Below are positions 13,151-26,051 of a stretch of 64,000 nucleotides of DNA, piece by piece. Below the pieces are notes generated by a model. It was given only the letters and a program-made list of their open reading frames with translations. It searched no databases and was not told the origin of the DNA. Position 1 is the stretch's first letter. Each line of letters starts with the position of its first letter. The translations under genes were made by a program, and so were the position numbers. The stretch comes from Azolla caroliniana (taxonomy: Eukaryota > Plantae > Polypodiophyta), in assembly GCA_043228905.1 (NCBI GenBank), contig JBHGNT010000021.1:12524001-12588000 (forward strand). The letters run 5' to 3'.

Positions 13151-14574
13151 TAAAGCAAACCTCGGGTCTTCTCTATCCCTTGAGTACTCCCTAGTCCAAG
13201 ACCCCCGTGGTCCCGCCCAAGTAACACACGTGCGCGAAACAAATTGGTATTCGTGATCAACGAGAGCCACCGGCCTCACAAAACAAAGGGCAACGAGACC
13301 TTTCTCGGGAAGGGGTCGGGAAGTAGTATTGTCGTAAAGCAAACCTCGGGTCTTCTCTATCCCTTGAGTACTCCCTAGTCCGAGACCCCCGTGGTCCCGC
13401 CCAAGGAACACACGTGTGGGAAACTTCACGACAACGTGCAAAGGGTCACAGGAATCCTGGTTTAAGGTAATGGTAAACAATTGGGAATGTGATATTGATC
13501 TCTATGGTGGATGAAGATAGCAATGGGGGGCGGCTTGTGGTTTGTGTAATTGATGGCGTGTAGTGGTATACTGATGGAAAATCATGATGGTTGAGAGAAA
13601 AGGATAACTTCACTAGGGAGATAAAAAAGAGTAATAAAACAAGATTTAAACATAAACAAAGGATAAAGAAGGGATAAAATGGAAGAATAATTAAAAGACT
13701 TTTGGGAGAGGGGTATAAACATAACTTTATAAGAAGGAAAAGTGATGTGTTTCTATTGGTGTGTGTGGTAAGTGTACCACACACACTCATGGAGGTTGCC
13801 TTTATACTTCAATCGATGTTTTCCTCTAGTCATGGTGTTCTAAACATCACTAGTTTGACATTGTTCATGAAGCAACAATATAAGTTACCCAAAGTTAAAA
13901 TATTCAATCTCATCTATAAATTATCACCGCATTAGCCATTAGTGTATCATAATAAGCGCACATTGGTAAGGTGTGGGTGTGAGAATGGTTGTATTGATTG
14001 TGGGTTTGGCTTTGTCAGTCAAGCATGCTTGATATTGATAATGGCCAAAATATTGATTACACATATATTAATGTTGTTACTTATTTCAGTATCATTCTTG
14101 CACCATGCCTACTAAATTACTTATGGATACATGTGCTTTTGTTGATAGATATCTCTTTTCCTTTTCGATTGAAATACATTTCAGGGCTAGAATAGTGATT
14201 TCCCTTGAAACACCTTTGAGCTTTCATTACCCTCATGGGAATGTACCATCATGCACATTGCCTATGACCTTGCTCTACTTTGTGGTTCCTCATACAAAAA
14301 GGTATTCATCCACATTTCTTCAAGGGGTGCTTCGTTACATGAGTTTTGCATTGTTTTGGAGAGATGTGTGTTTTCTTTCTTTGGGATCCTAATGGATCAT
14401 ACTATTTGGGTAACAAAAACTAGGAATTGCCCTTTTGTGTGGACTTGACTTTTCCTATTTCTCTTTCTAGGATTTGCCCCTTTTACCCATACGAAGAGGA
14501 TTTATCTCATTATAAGATCTTGCTAAGTAAATTAAAAGAAGTTCTACTATTTTTTATTGGGTTGATTTTGTTAT

Positions 14575-17500
14575 GCTGTCGTGAAGCCGAACTTGTGACA
14601 CTTGAGGGTGTTCGGTAGCATTGCGTATGTGTATGTACCGAAGGAGAAGAGGAGGAAGCTGGACGCAAAGGCCGAGAAGTGCATCTTGGTCGGTTACTCG
14701 GACGAGCAGAAGGGTTATAAGTGCTATAACCCTCGCACCAAACAAGCGCGTGTCAGCTGCGACGTTATGTTTGACGAGTCCGCGTCCTGGTACCTGCCCC
14801 CGATTCGGAACCCCGACTCCAATACGAGCTCTGACGATGAGGTCAGCGAGGCCGAGATGCCTCTGAATGAGCCCGAAATCGAGACCCGCGAAGAGTGTCC
14901 GATTTCACTCCGGTTAAGTGGACTGATTGGACGATTGAGTCGGTACGACCAGTCCGATGAAGAGCCGGCAAGTAGTGGAGACTCGGCCGTGCATTCCCCG
15001 CGCAGGAAGCTGAGGAGACGGCGTACGCGCAAAGAGAAAGGGAAGAAGAAGGTGTCGGATTCCGGCACGAATAAGAACGAGTCAGACCGACGCGAGTCCG
15101 ACTCCGAGGGAACCGGTGACGGGTCTTTAAAAGTGAAGGCCGCGTCGACTGAGAAGGCCTCGACATCGGCTAACGTGAGATTACGCTGATCTACCAGCCA
15201 GAAGAACCCAGTTGTGCGGTTCGGATACAACGAGTACATGGCGCATCATTATGCGTACATGACCCGTGTAGCGGAAGTGCGTGAGCCGGAGAGCTATGCA
15301 GAAGCGGCTAAAGACGCGAATTGGCGTGCCGCGATGGAGGAAGAGATGCATGCATTGGCGGAGAACGAGACCTGGGCCCTGGTTGACGCACCGAAGGGGG
15401 TAAAACCGATCGGGTGAAGGTGGGTGTACAAGGTCAAGTACAACACCGATGGCTCGGTCAACCGGTACAAGGCTCGGCTAGTGGCAAAGGGCTACGCGCA
15501 GAAACACGGCATCGACTACGATGAGACGTTTGCGCCGGTCGCGAAAATGACGACCATCCGTGTTTTGCTCGTAGTAGCCGCAGCCAAGGGGTGGCACTTA
15601 CATTAGATGGATGTAAAGAATGTGTTCCTGCAAGGTGACCTTGAGGAACAGGTGTACATGGTGCAGCCCCCCGGATTTCACTCTGGAACGAACTCCTCGG
15701 CAGTATGCCGACTAAAGAAGTCCCTTTACGGACTGAAGCAAGCCCCGCGTGCCTGGAACGCGAAGATCACGCAACAACTGCGTCGGATGGGCTTCGTCAC
15801 ATCAAAATCGGACTCTTCCCTGTTCATCCGGAAAGGTCGACTCAGACCGGTTAGTATTTTACTATATGTTGATAACTTGGTCATCACCGGCGCCGACCTA
15901 GGTGAAATCGACCGCGTGAAGCTCCAGCTTGCGGCATCGTTCGACATGAAGGATCTGGGGGACCTTCATTACTTCCTCGGGATCGAAGTGATCCATACCC
16001 CCGAAGGCATATTGATCAGCCAACGTCATTACGTGCTGAGTATGCTCTTCAAACTCGGGATGGCCGACTGTAAGTCCATCTCGACTCCTCTGGACAGAAC
16101 CGTCAAGCTTCGTCCTGATACGGGAAAGGTATGCGACCCGACGAGGTTCCGACAAATTGTTGGAAGCCTCATATACTTGACCATCACCCGACCCGACCTC
16201 AGTTATCCGGTCGGGGTGATCAGTCAGTTCATGGCGCATCCTACCGAGGAGCACCTTCACTGTGCGCAACGCATACTTCGGTATGTCAACGACACTAAGG
16301 ACCGGGGACTGCTATATCGGACCGGTGCAGCCGCGCAGTTAGTCAGCTACACTGATGCTGATTGGGCTGGCAACGCCGCCGATCGCCGATCCACGTCTGG
16401 ATACGCGTTCTCCCTCGAGAGTGCCGCGATCTCATGGAGCAGTAAGAAGAAGCCGACAGTTGCCCTGTCGAGCACCGAAGCTGAGTACCGAGGAGCGGCT
16501 GTCGCGACATGCGAAGCCATATGGTTGAAGCGGCTACTTAAGGACCTGCAAGTGGAGGTGTCAAATCCGACGACGATCTACTGCGACAACCTCAGCAGCA
16601 TCCAGCTCGCGAAGAACCCCGTTTTCCATGCACGGACCAAGCACATTGAGGTGCACTACCATTTCGTCCGTGAGCATGTCCTTTCCGGTGAAGTCGAACT
16701 TCAGTATGTGCTGACGGATCGACAGACTGCCGACATCTTCACAAAGCCTCTTGGTCTGGAAAGGTTGCGGCAATTCTCAGGTGCGCTCGGGTTGCATCAC
16801 CTCGATGTGCCGAACTTGAGGGGGAGAACAGTCCCGAATGACCAAGCAAGGCAGCAAGAAAGGAGTGGAGACCGCGACACCACCGAGTCGGTTGACTCTG
16901 TTGTCGAGTTCGACTCTGGATCGGCTGAAGAAGCCGAGGGCGGACCCGCGGAAAAGTTCGGAAGTGGACAGAAGGGGAGCAGCCGAAGGAGAGAGCCGAA
17001 GCCAACCACGCATGAGGAGGATGACGCCATCGAGGGCTAGAAGACTGAAGACGAGTTGGAGACAGCCAACTCGGACGAGAGCGAAGACCGATCGGAGGTA
17101 GCCGAGTCGGTTCGGATGTTTGATTCAGACACGCTGAATCAACTGAGGCCCAAGCGGAAGAAAAGGCAGCAGAATAAGCGTCAACACCGCAACAACAGAA
17201 GATCTGATGAGGGCCACATGAGCAGACAAGCCGACCGGAAGGGTCGAATCGCGCAGAGTCGAACAGGTCGAGGAACGCGAGCGAGGCGAGAAGCCAGGAG
17301 GAACCGGTGCTGTGAAGATCCCGAAGAGCCTCAAGTTGAGCTTGAGGGGGAGTGTTGAGAGACAAGCTCAACATCGACCAGATCGGCTGAAGAAGCCGAG
17401 GACCGGATCGGTTGGGACCGATCGGTCAGGTCGAGTGCATAAACCGGGAGGTCGTCAGGAAAGATATTCCGTGAGGAATATATTTGGGAGTTAGTGTAGG

Positions 17501-17738
17501 AGCTCTTGATGAGCATTGAAGTACTGTCAGTACTTCGGTCAGTCCTTCTAGGACTTGTATAAAAGTGCTCTCTGAGCATGTCTTATGTACAGATTGAGTA
17601 TTATTGTTGAATATAGTTTTTTGTGTTTCTCTCTCTGTCTCTCCTGCGTATACCGTGTAAGCCCAAGCTCTCCATTGAACCTGAGTTTCCTTCCTTCTGT
17701 TCGGTCTTCATACTTGCTTCCGCACGTTACTATCTACA
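14575..17738 (+). mobile_element. 5'-truncated Ty1/copia element (integrase C-terminus, RT, RNase H, extension, 3' LTR); copy C
   Basis: [54 protein letters not shown] and HARTKHI in a single frame with 4 stops (15187, 15415, 15604, 17038). PPT at 17344-17352. Confidence 0.95.
17353..17738 (+). repeat. 3' LTR of copia C
   Basis: TGTTGAGAG...TATCTACA; homologous to 6460-6887. Confidence 0.85.
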
Positions 17739-19261
17739 ATAATCTTCGAGCACATGATGAGATCTTAGGACAATGATGCAAGTGTGGAGAAGGCCGTCAA
17801 CCGCGACGTGGAGTTCATGGGTCAATTTAATGGAAGGAACATTGTGGAGTTCCTTAATGCATACAAAAGTGAGATGAATCAAAGGGACATGTCTGAAGCA
17901 CCTCAACTCTCAAGTTTCAAGTGAGTTGTCGCCAACAACGTGCAAAGGTGGGTCATCGAGCTCCAAGAAGGGAAGAAAACGTGGTTCAAGTTCAAGAAAG
18001 CAATAGTAGCGGAGTTCGTGACTGGGGGTTTGTCGAGGATGACTCGACATGGCTTAATGAAGTGGATAGAGAAGAAAAATAAGAAGATGAGCACCTCAAG
18101 GGTGTATGCCGAGTTAAATAAGATGTTTGATCGTCTCCCCACCACATACCAAGTGTTGCTTGATGAGGACAAGACTTTGTACTTCTTGAAAGCTATGGAT
18201 GTGACAAATAGACGAGAATTGGGGACTCTCCTTGCAGATGACGCCCAAACGAACGGGCTTGTGACCGACTGGACTACGGTGAAGCGAGCGTGCAACAAGA
18301 TCAACAAGCACCGTCAATGACTTGATGACATTGACTTGGGAGGGCCAAGCGTAGAAAAAACAAGACCATCTAAAGTAGTTGAGACGCCTAAACAAAGCAA
18401 CCTAGAAGAAAAGAAGATTGATGATGACTCAAGGATGGCAAAGGTCGCTTTGAGGGAGGACGAATGTTTCGGAACACTCATCGTGTTCGAAACATCAGAT
18501 GCTGAAGGGGAAAGCTTAATCGAAGCTAGGGTCAAGGGAAATAAAGAGTGTGAGGCCGACTTGATTCAGGATCTAGTCACTAAAATCGACATCAAGGAGG
18601 TGGCTATGAACAAGACAACAAGCGTCGACAACGAATAGGGCAAGACTTCGTCCACACTTGAGCCAACGTGACACCCAAGAGCCGGAAGGTGACATCGGGG
18701 AAGCAAAGGTTGAAGCCAATGTGATTAACAATGTCAAGGTGTAGGTAGATATGGACGATTTTATGGTGGATGGCAGTGACAAGACTGTCCCCACACTGGT
18801 TCCAGAGACTTGGGCAGTTGCGTCCGAGAACCAACATAAGACCCAGGAGACGGAAGGTGGCGACAAGGGGAAACTTAAAGCCAATGTGAAAGATGACATT
18901 TAAAGAACAAAGGTGTCCAAGGCAGTTAACCAAAGAAAAATGGATTCCTTCACACTTGTTTCGGAAACTTGGGCATCTGCATCCACAAACCAACATAAGA
19001 CCCAGGAAATGGAAGGTGGCAGCGAGGGGAAGGAGCTAGCCAATGTGTACAACGAAGAGTCTGACCAAAGTATGACAAGGGATGACGATGGCCAAGAGAG
19101 CCATGAGGATCCAAAGGATGTGATCATAGCATCTAACAAGGAGGACACTAGTGTGAAGATCATCAACTCTAACACGAGATTGTACCATGAAGGTGAACAA
19201 AGTGAGAAACATGAAATATGCTCGCATAAGGACCTCGAAGTGGGCATGCACTTGAAGGTAC

Positions 19262-20042
19262 TATTGGGAGACAGGTCCCTCCGGATGGGAAGGGAGAAGA
19301 ACAGTGCTGATGAACAAACCGGATGACGAGTACCCGCCGGAGGGTGCAGACCCGGTGAGAACCGGATGAGGAGTACCCGACTACGGAGAGCCGGATGGTA
19401 CAGACCCGGTGAGAACCGGATGAGGAGTACCCGGCTACGGAGAGCCAGATGGTGCAGACCTAGTGAGAACCGGATGAGGAGTACCCGGCTACGGAGAGCT
19501 GGATGGTGCAGACCCGGTGAGAACCGGATGAGGAGTACCCGGCTACGGAGAGCCGGATGGTGAAGACCCGGTGAGGAGTGCTCACTGGATGAAGAGACAT
19601 ATTCGTAAATATGTTTCTGAGAGTCCATCGAGGCTATATTTGTAAATAGCCGAAAAGTCATATTAGTATAAATATGACTTAGGGCAAACTTTTAATGTGT
19701 GTTGTTATTCTTGTTGGTGCAAGAAGAGAGTGAGTGTGTAACTGTGTACAGAGAGAGAGAGAGAGAAAGAGGTCGTTGCCTCTGTTGAAACCGCCGCCTG
19801 TGGCGAAGATCGTGAGCATGAGGTTGTTGCCTCCGTGAACTCACTATTGTACATTCTAACATAGTGATAGTTTGCAGCTTGTGGGCTGCCGTGGTTTTTC
19901 TCCCTAGTTTGGGGTTTTCCACGTAAACATCCAGTGTACTCTTCTCTTCTTTGTGTCGTGCATTTATTTCCCGTTTTCTGTGTATGATTCTAAGCTCGGT
20001 TGTGGTCGAGCGTTGCGTATAGGGATCGTGCAGTTCCTGTCA
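19262..20042 (+). mobile_element. Solo LTR of a Tnt1/Tork-like copia family, with a 54-bp tandem repeat
   Basis: Flanked by 5-bp TSD GGTAC (19257-19261, 20043-20047); homologous to the LTR at 62027-62641; 4-5 copies of a 54-bp unit at about 19320-19575. Confidence 0.9.
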
Positions 20043-21028
20043 GGTACTACATGGGGTAGCCAATGTCATTATTCAGCTAAAGTCTTGGGGAGAAAGACAC
20101 GAAGCAAAAATGCATGACGTGTCAAAGTGCCTTAAGCATAAAGACGATTGGGACAAAGGTTGAACATGCATGAGGCCTAAATGGTTATGCTCATGAGGAG
20201 AACAAGGGGCCATGACAATGGATCATGGTACAACAAAGAATGAGTGAATGATATGCTGGATTGGGTGGCAACAATGGTTCGGGTGGAAGGAATGGACGTG
20301 CTCAAAATGGAGGAACAAAGTTGGCATAGGTTTGGTGGGGAAAAGTAAAGATCTTCAAGAAAAGACAAGAGGAGGGTCCTGACCTCGATAACCACAACAA
20401 TGAAGATGATAGGGTGGAACCTGCAAACGTGAACGAGGACGTGCAGGAATTTGATTGATCACTGTAGCCAAAAACCTCACACTTTCTTGGCACATATTAG
20501 AGGACATGCGGTTTGGTAAGGGTGGATGTCGTGAAGATTTTCGGCAACGGTGTAAAAATCATGTGGAACAGACAAAATCGAGAAGGTGCAATGTGCACCT
20601 TACACACATATGTTAGCATGTTGTAAATATGAATGAAATGAGAACCGGGAAAAGAAAAGCTAGATGTAAGGTTAAACATGTGCACACATTACACAAACAC
20701 TTGAAAATAAGCCTAGAGCCAAGTGGCATTTTTTAGCATATCGAGGGGTGAGAGTAAGGTTTTGAACATTGCACCTCCAAGATAGAAAATTTTGACTTAC
20801 CACTAAGTTAAATTATTTCTTTAAAACAATATTTTCATCATTGTATTTTTCACATGTAAATTCTAATAAATGAGAGCTTGAATGAGGACATGGTTATCAT
20901 GCATTGCATGCATTGTGTGCATGTTGTTTACCCTCACATGCATCATATGCATGGGGGCATCTATAAAAGAAAGGATGAAAAAGGGAAGGAACCAAACTAT
21001 GTAATGAATCAAGAAATTAATAATAAAA

Positions 21029-24000
21029 TGTTAAGAAAGAAAGGCGTTGATGGTGCTATGTAGTGGAAGTAAGCTTTATGTGTGAGTGTGTGTGTGTGTG
21101 CACATGATGCAATAGAGAGAGAGAGAGCTCTAAACAAGAAATCTATATATTACATACAACAGTTACTCAGTTACAAAAGGTTGGTTTAAATACCAACTAG
21201 TCTAGGGCAAATTCCCTTTCTACTAATCACAAATGTATTGTAATAAGTTGTCCACTGACTACTATGAACATTGTCCCTATGGGAAGTTGAGTTCGATTCT
21301 CAACGTGCCCCTTTGAACACAACTTTCGAATGTCGAAAAGTTGTTTTGATTCAATCTTTGAAAGCTTCGATTTGGCTGAATCGGCTTTCGGCTTTCGGTT
21401 TTTCGTGTGAACATCCAAATCGGTTTTCGGCTTTGTTGTTCGGTTGTCAGCGATTACTGATATTTTGCAGTATTTTCGGTACTCTCCCTCAAGCTCGACA
21501 ATGTAGATGATGTGAGACTGAGGTTTGTCATAAATTGTCTGAGCTTGTCGACTCCTAAGGCCTTCGCGAAGATGTCAGCAACCTGTAGATTCATTTTGAT
21601 GTGTTGTAAATCGACATCTTCAGCCTGAATGTGCTCATGGATGAAGTGGTAGTGCACTTCGATATGTTTTGTGCACACGTGGAACATCGGGTTCCAAGCC
21701 AGGTAGATACTGCTCATGTTGTCACAGTATAAGCAGACTAGATCCGTGATGGGAGCGCCCAAATCCTTCAAAATACGTTTGAGCCAAACGGCCTTGCATG
21801 CAGCAACTGTCGCGCCCCTATATTCAGCCTCTGTACTCGACAGTGCGACTGTCAGTTGCTTCTTGTGGCTCCAGGAGATTGCTCCGCTACCGAGGGAGAA
21901 GACGAAACCTGATGGTGATCATCTATCAGTCTTATAGCCAGCCTAGTTTGCGTCTTTGTACCCTTTGAGTTGAATAATCGTATTTGACTTATACAGAATG
22001 TCGTAATTCGTCGTAGCGCTGACATACCGGAGTACCCTCTTAGCACAATCGAGATGATCATTTCGTGGGGTCTGCATGAATTTGCTAAGGAGGCCAACCA
22101 AATAACTGAGGTCGGGTCATGTGATGGTTAGATAGATTAGATTATCGATCAGCTATTGATACTAAGTCGACTAGCAATCTACTGTTCCTGAATCAACATC
22201 GATCTTGAGATTACGATCGAGAGGGGTAGACACAAGTTTGCACTCGGTCATTCCAAACTTTTAGAATAAGTTGAGAATGTAGTGCCATTGTGAGATCAAT
22301 ATCCCGACTGGTGTTCTAATTACTTCAATGCCATGGAAGTAATGGAGCTCGTGCATATCTTTCATTTCAAATTTGCCGGATAGGAGTGATTTTACCTTGT
22401 TAATCTCAACGAGATTCTATCCTCCAATTACCAAATCATCCACGTACAGAAGGATGACAATCGGGGTTTTCGACTCATTTTGAATGTAGAGAGAGTTGTC
22501 TGATTTCGACATTCGAAAGCCAATTTGATGAAGATACTGAGTGATCTTCAAATGCCAAGCACGCAGTGTTTGCTTAAGGTCGTAGAGTGCTTTCGGATGA
22601 TTTTTCAATTCGAAACCGGGGGTTGAATCATGAAGACCTCCACTTCTAGTTCGCCTTGGAGGAAGGCGTTCTTTAAGTCCATTTGGTGGAGATGCCACCC
22701 TTTCACCATTGTGAGTGCAATAAGTGTCTGCACTATTGCCACTGGGGCAAAGGTCTCCTCGTAATCAATGTTGAGCATTTGTGTGTATTCTTTTGCGACG
22801 AGTCGTGCTTTGAAGCAATTTACTAAGCCATCGGCATTGTCTTTGACCTTATAGATCCATCTGCAACCAATCTCTTTCCTGTGAGGTGAATGAGGAACAA
22901 GATCCCATGTCTCATTTTTGCACAATGCTTGTGTTTCTTTCATTCATCGCGTCGACCCATCGCGGGTCCTTCACGGTTGTGGAAAATGTTTCCAGCTCTC
23001 GGACAATTGTTACCTTCACCATAAAAGCGTAATGATATCCCATGTACTCATCGTAGCTGAATCGGCTTATGGGGTTCTTTTCACGGGTGGACTGACGTAG
23101 CTTCTCGTTCGCAAAGACTAATGCTTTCTTCTCTCCATTTATCCGGATGTCAAGGCCTTCAAACTCACTGTCGAGGGATTTTGGCCTTCATATTCTACCA
23201 TTTTGGCCTTCCCCTTGTCTAGCTTTGGAGTCGGCCAAGATGTGCTATGATCACTCGGAAGCTCTCATGCGCCACTCAACGTTGTCGTAAGCAGGTTGTC
23301 TTCATACATGTGTCCGAGTCGATCTTCTTCTTGTATCTCTTGTTCGGTTGATTCTGGGTCGAACTGAGTCAAGGTGGAAGTTGTCTTTGGTGCGTACCAG
23401 GATGCTTACTCGTCAAAAATGACATCTTGACTCAAACGAACCTTTCGAAAGAGGGGTTATAGCATTTGTACCCCTTTTGCTCGTGTGAGTATCCTATGAG
23501 GATACATATCTCCGACTTTGGGTCAAGCTTTTGTCGCTTCTCGTCGGGGATGTGCATGTATGCAAGGGAGCTGAAAATTCTAACATGAGAGGTGTCTGAT
23601 TCCTTCCAAAGAATTTCTCGTGTGGGGTTACGTCGTGTACCCCCAAGGTTGTACACTTGTTCATTAGATATACGACTGGGTTAGCCGCTTCTGCCCAGTA
23701 CGATTTCAGCAGGTTCTTTTTTGTTCATCATAGCCCATGCAACCTCTATTATATGCCGATTCCTTTGTTCGCCTACGCCATTTTGCTGAAGTGTGTGCTG
23801 GCATGAGAATTCTCGTTGTATTCCTTCCTTTCGGAGATATGCCATAAACTCATCCGAGAAATATTTTTTACCTCCATCCAATCGAATGCAGCGTATGTGT
23901 CGATTCGTGGCTTTTTGGACATTGTTTTTGAACCTTTGGAAGTGGCTGAACACTTCGCTCTTCTGTCCCATCGGGTAGATCCAGGTGTACCTGGAGAAGT

Positions 24001-25836
24001 CGTTGATGAACGTGACATAATATCAACAACCACTTAATGTTGCCATCTGGGCTAGTCCCACAAATCTAAATGTACTACATCCAGGATCCCTTTGCTCACA
24101 TTCCTCTCTTTCGGGAATGGATGTTGATGTTGTTTTCCGAACTGGCATTCTTCACATATGCCTGTAATCTCTCTATTCGTATAGTTCGGAAGTCTGAAGG
24201 CAACTCCTTTTGATTGCAAGTTTTGGAGCTTCTGGAGATTAATGTGGCCAATTTGCTTGTGCCATTGTTTCAAGCCGGTTTCGACTTGAAGACCTTTTGC
24301 ATACATTGCCGACTTTACCTCGTTTTATTCGAGGATAAACATCTTGCCTTCTTGGTGACCGTGAGCAATGAGGCGGCCTTCTTTTTCAATGAAGCACCCT
24401 TCATCATTTAACCGCACTTGCATCCCTTGTTCGACAATTTGACCTACCGAGACTAGGTTTTTAGTGATGGTTGAGACGTGCAAGACATTTTTGAGGTAGG
24501 TTTGCTTGTCGTCATTCCCGAATGGGACGTTTCCAATGTGCCATATTGAATGAGTCGTGTCATCGCCTGTTTCGACATAACCGGGCCAATCAGGCTTTCG
24601 TGATTCTCAAAACCAATCTTCATGAGACGTCATATGATTGGATGCTCTTGAGTCAACAAACCATACATTATCCGAGGTTGAGGTGCTTCTCTCACCTTGT
24701 GTCGACATTGAATGCGCTTTGTGCCTCATCATAAACATTCCGCCACAATCATCGTAGTCGGAGTTCGAGACGTAATTCTTAAGTTGTTGGCTGGTCGACG
24801 CCGATTCTCGCTTCTTCTTTCAGCGCTCCTCTTTGGAGTGGCCAATTTTTCCACAGTACACACATTCGATCAGGTTTTTGCGAAGGCTTGGTTCATTAAG
24901 ATGGCTCCTCCTTCTGCCGAATTCCCTAGAATTGTTCCTATCGTCTTGCCATCGGTGGGAGTTGCGTTCTCGGGTCGACTGACCCTATCGCCCTCGGCCG
25001 AATCGACCTCTATTTCTTCGGCCAAATCCTTTCTATCATCCGATTGTGAGTAAAGCATATGACCATCCGGTGCATTGCTCCTTTGTTGGGCATGGTTTTC
25101 TTCCATCAATAATATCGATTGAAGGTCAAAAAAGGATGGTGGGTTCTCCCTAGTGAGAATGGCCGACCTGATTGTGCCGAAGTGTGGTGCTAAGTTGCCG
25201 AGGCATATTTGCACCATTTCGTCATTGTCGATGATGACATTGATCTATCTGAGGGCATCACACAGCTCCTTGACTTCAAGGTATAACCGGTGATCGACAT
25301 ATCCCTCTGTTGCATGTTGTTTAGCTCCTGTCGAAGTTGGAGCTTTCTTGCAGTCGTATTCGCCGAAAAAATCTTCTTTAGATTTCCCGAAGCTTCTTTT
25401 GGCATTTTCGAATCTCAAATATAGCCGAGCATGTGGTCATGAACGCAAAAGGCAAGGCATTATACAACACACGGCTCGTGGCCTGCTCCCATGCTAGGTA
25501 GTCGGCGTGTGTCGGATTGGGTTGCGTTTTGTGAGCTCCCTCGATGTAGCTCAAGTAACCTTGTCGGACAAGGTACTGATGCATCTTGTACTCCCATGAT
25601 GCGAAGTTTGTCCTATCGAGCTTCTCTATAGGAAGAGCATTTCCCATCTGAGTATTCATGACGATTTCTTCTTTGTTTTTGAACCGGTTCTGTTGATCGT
25701 CGATGTGTAGCACAACACAGTCGATTAAGCTTGACCAGATAACCACTCGCTCTAATACCATGTTAAGAAAGAAAGGCGTAGATGGTGTTATGCAACAGAA
25801 GTAAGCTTTTTGTGTGAGTGTGTGTGCACGTGATGC

Positions 25837-25875
<39 letters not shown>

Positions 25876-26051
25876 CTAAACAAGAAATCTGTATATTACA
25901 TCTGATAGTTACTTAGTTACAAAAGGTTGGTTTAAATACCAACTAGTCTAGGGCAAATGCCCTTTCTACTAATTACAAATCTATCCTAGTAAGTTGTCCA
26001 CTGACTAGTGTGAACAATGTCCCTATCGGAAGTTGAGTTCGATTCTCAACA
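21029..26051 (-). mobile_element. Full-length but heavily degenerate Ty1/copia element; copy B
   Basis: LTRs 25761-26051 (5') and 21029-21305 (3'); TSD TAAAA; iMet PBS TGGTATTAGAGC at 25749-25760; fragmentary gag, PR, INT, RT and RH ORFs in copia order. Confidence 0.93.

Larger units (their letters stand above)
9010..13433 (+). mobile_element. Internally deleted Trp-primed Ty3/gypsy element (Phygy-like), copy 1
   Basis: TGTCATGA...TTCACGACA termini; flanks ACAT (9006-9009) and ACGT (13434-13437); Trp PBS; gag with CMWCDNPDHLRREC knuckle. Pol and most of the 3' LTR are deleted at about 13150. The left boundary is inferred from the terminal motif plus the TSD. Confidence 0.82.

Noticed and set aside
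14577-14590. TGTCGTGAAG as another Phygy-like LTR start
   Set aside because: It continues directly as copia integrase (KPNL.HLRVFGS), with no LTR body.
18900-19661. 253-aa minus-strand repeat protein
   Set aside because: Crosses the solo-LTR boundary and arises from the 54-bp (18-codon) U3 repeat.
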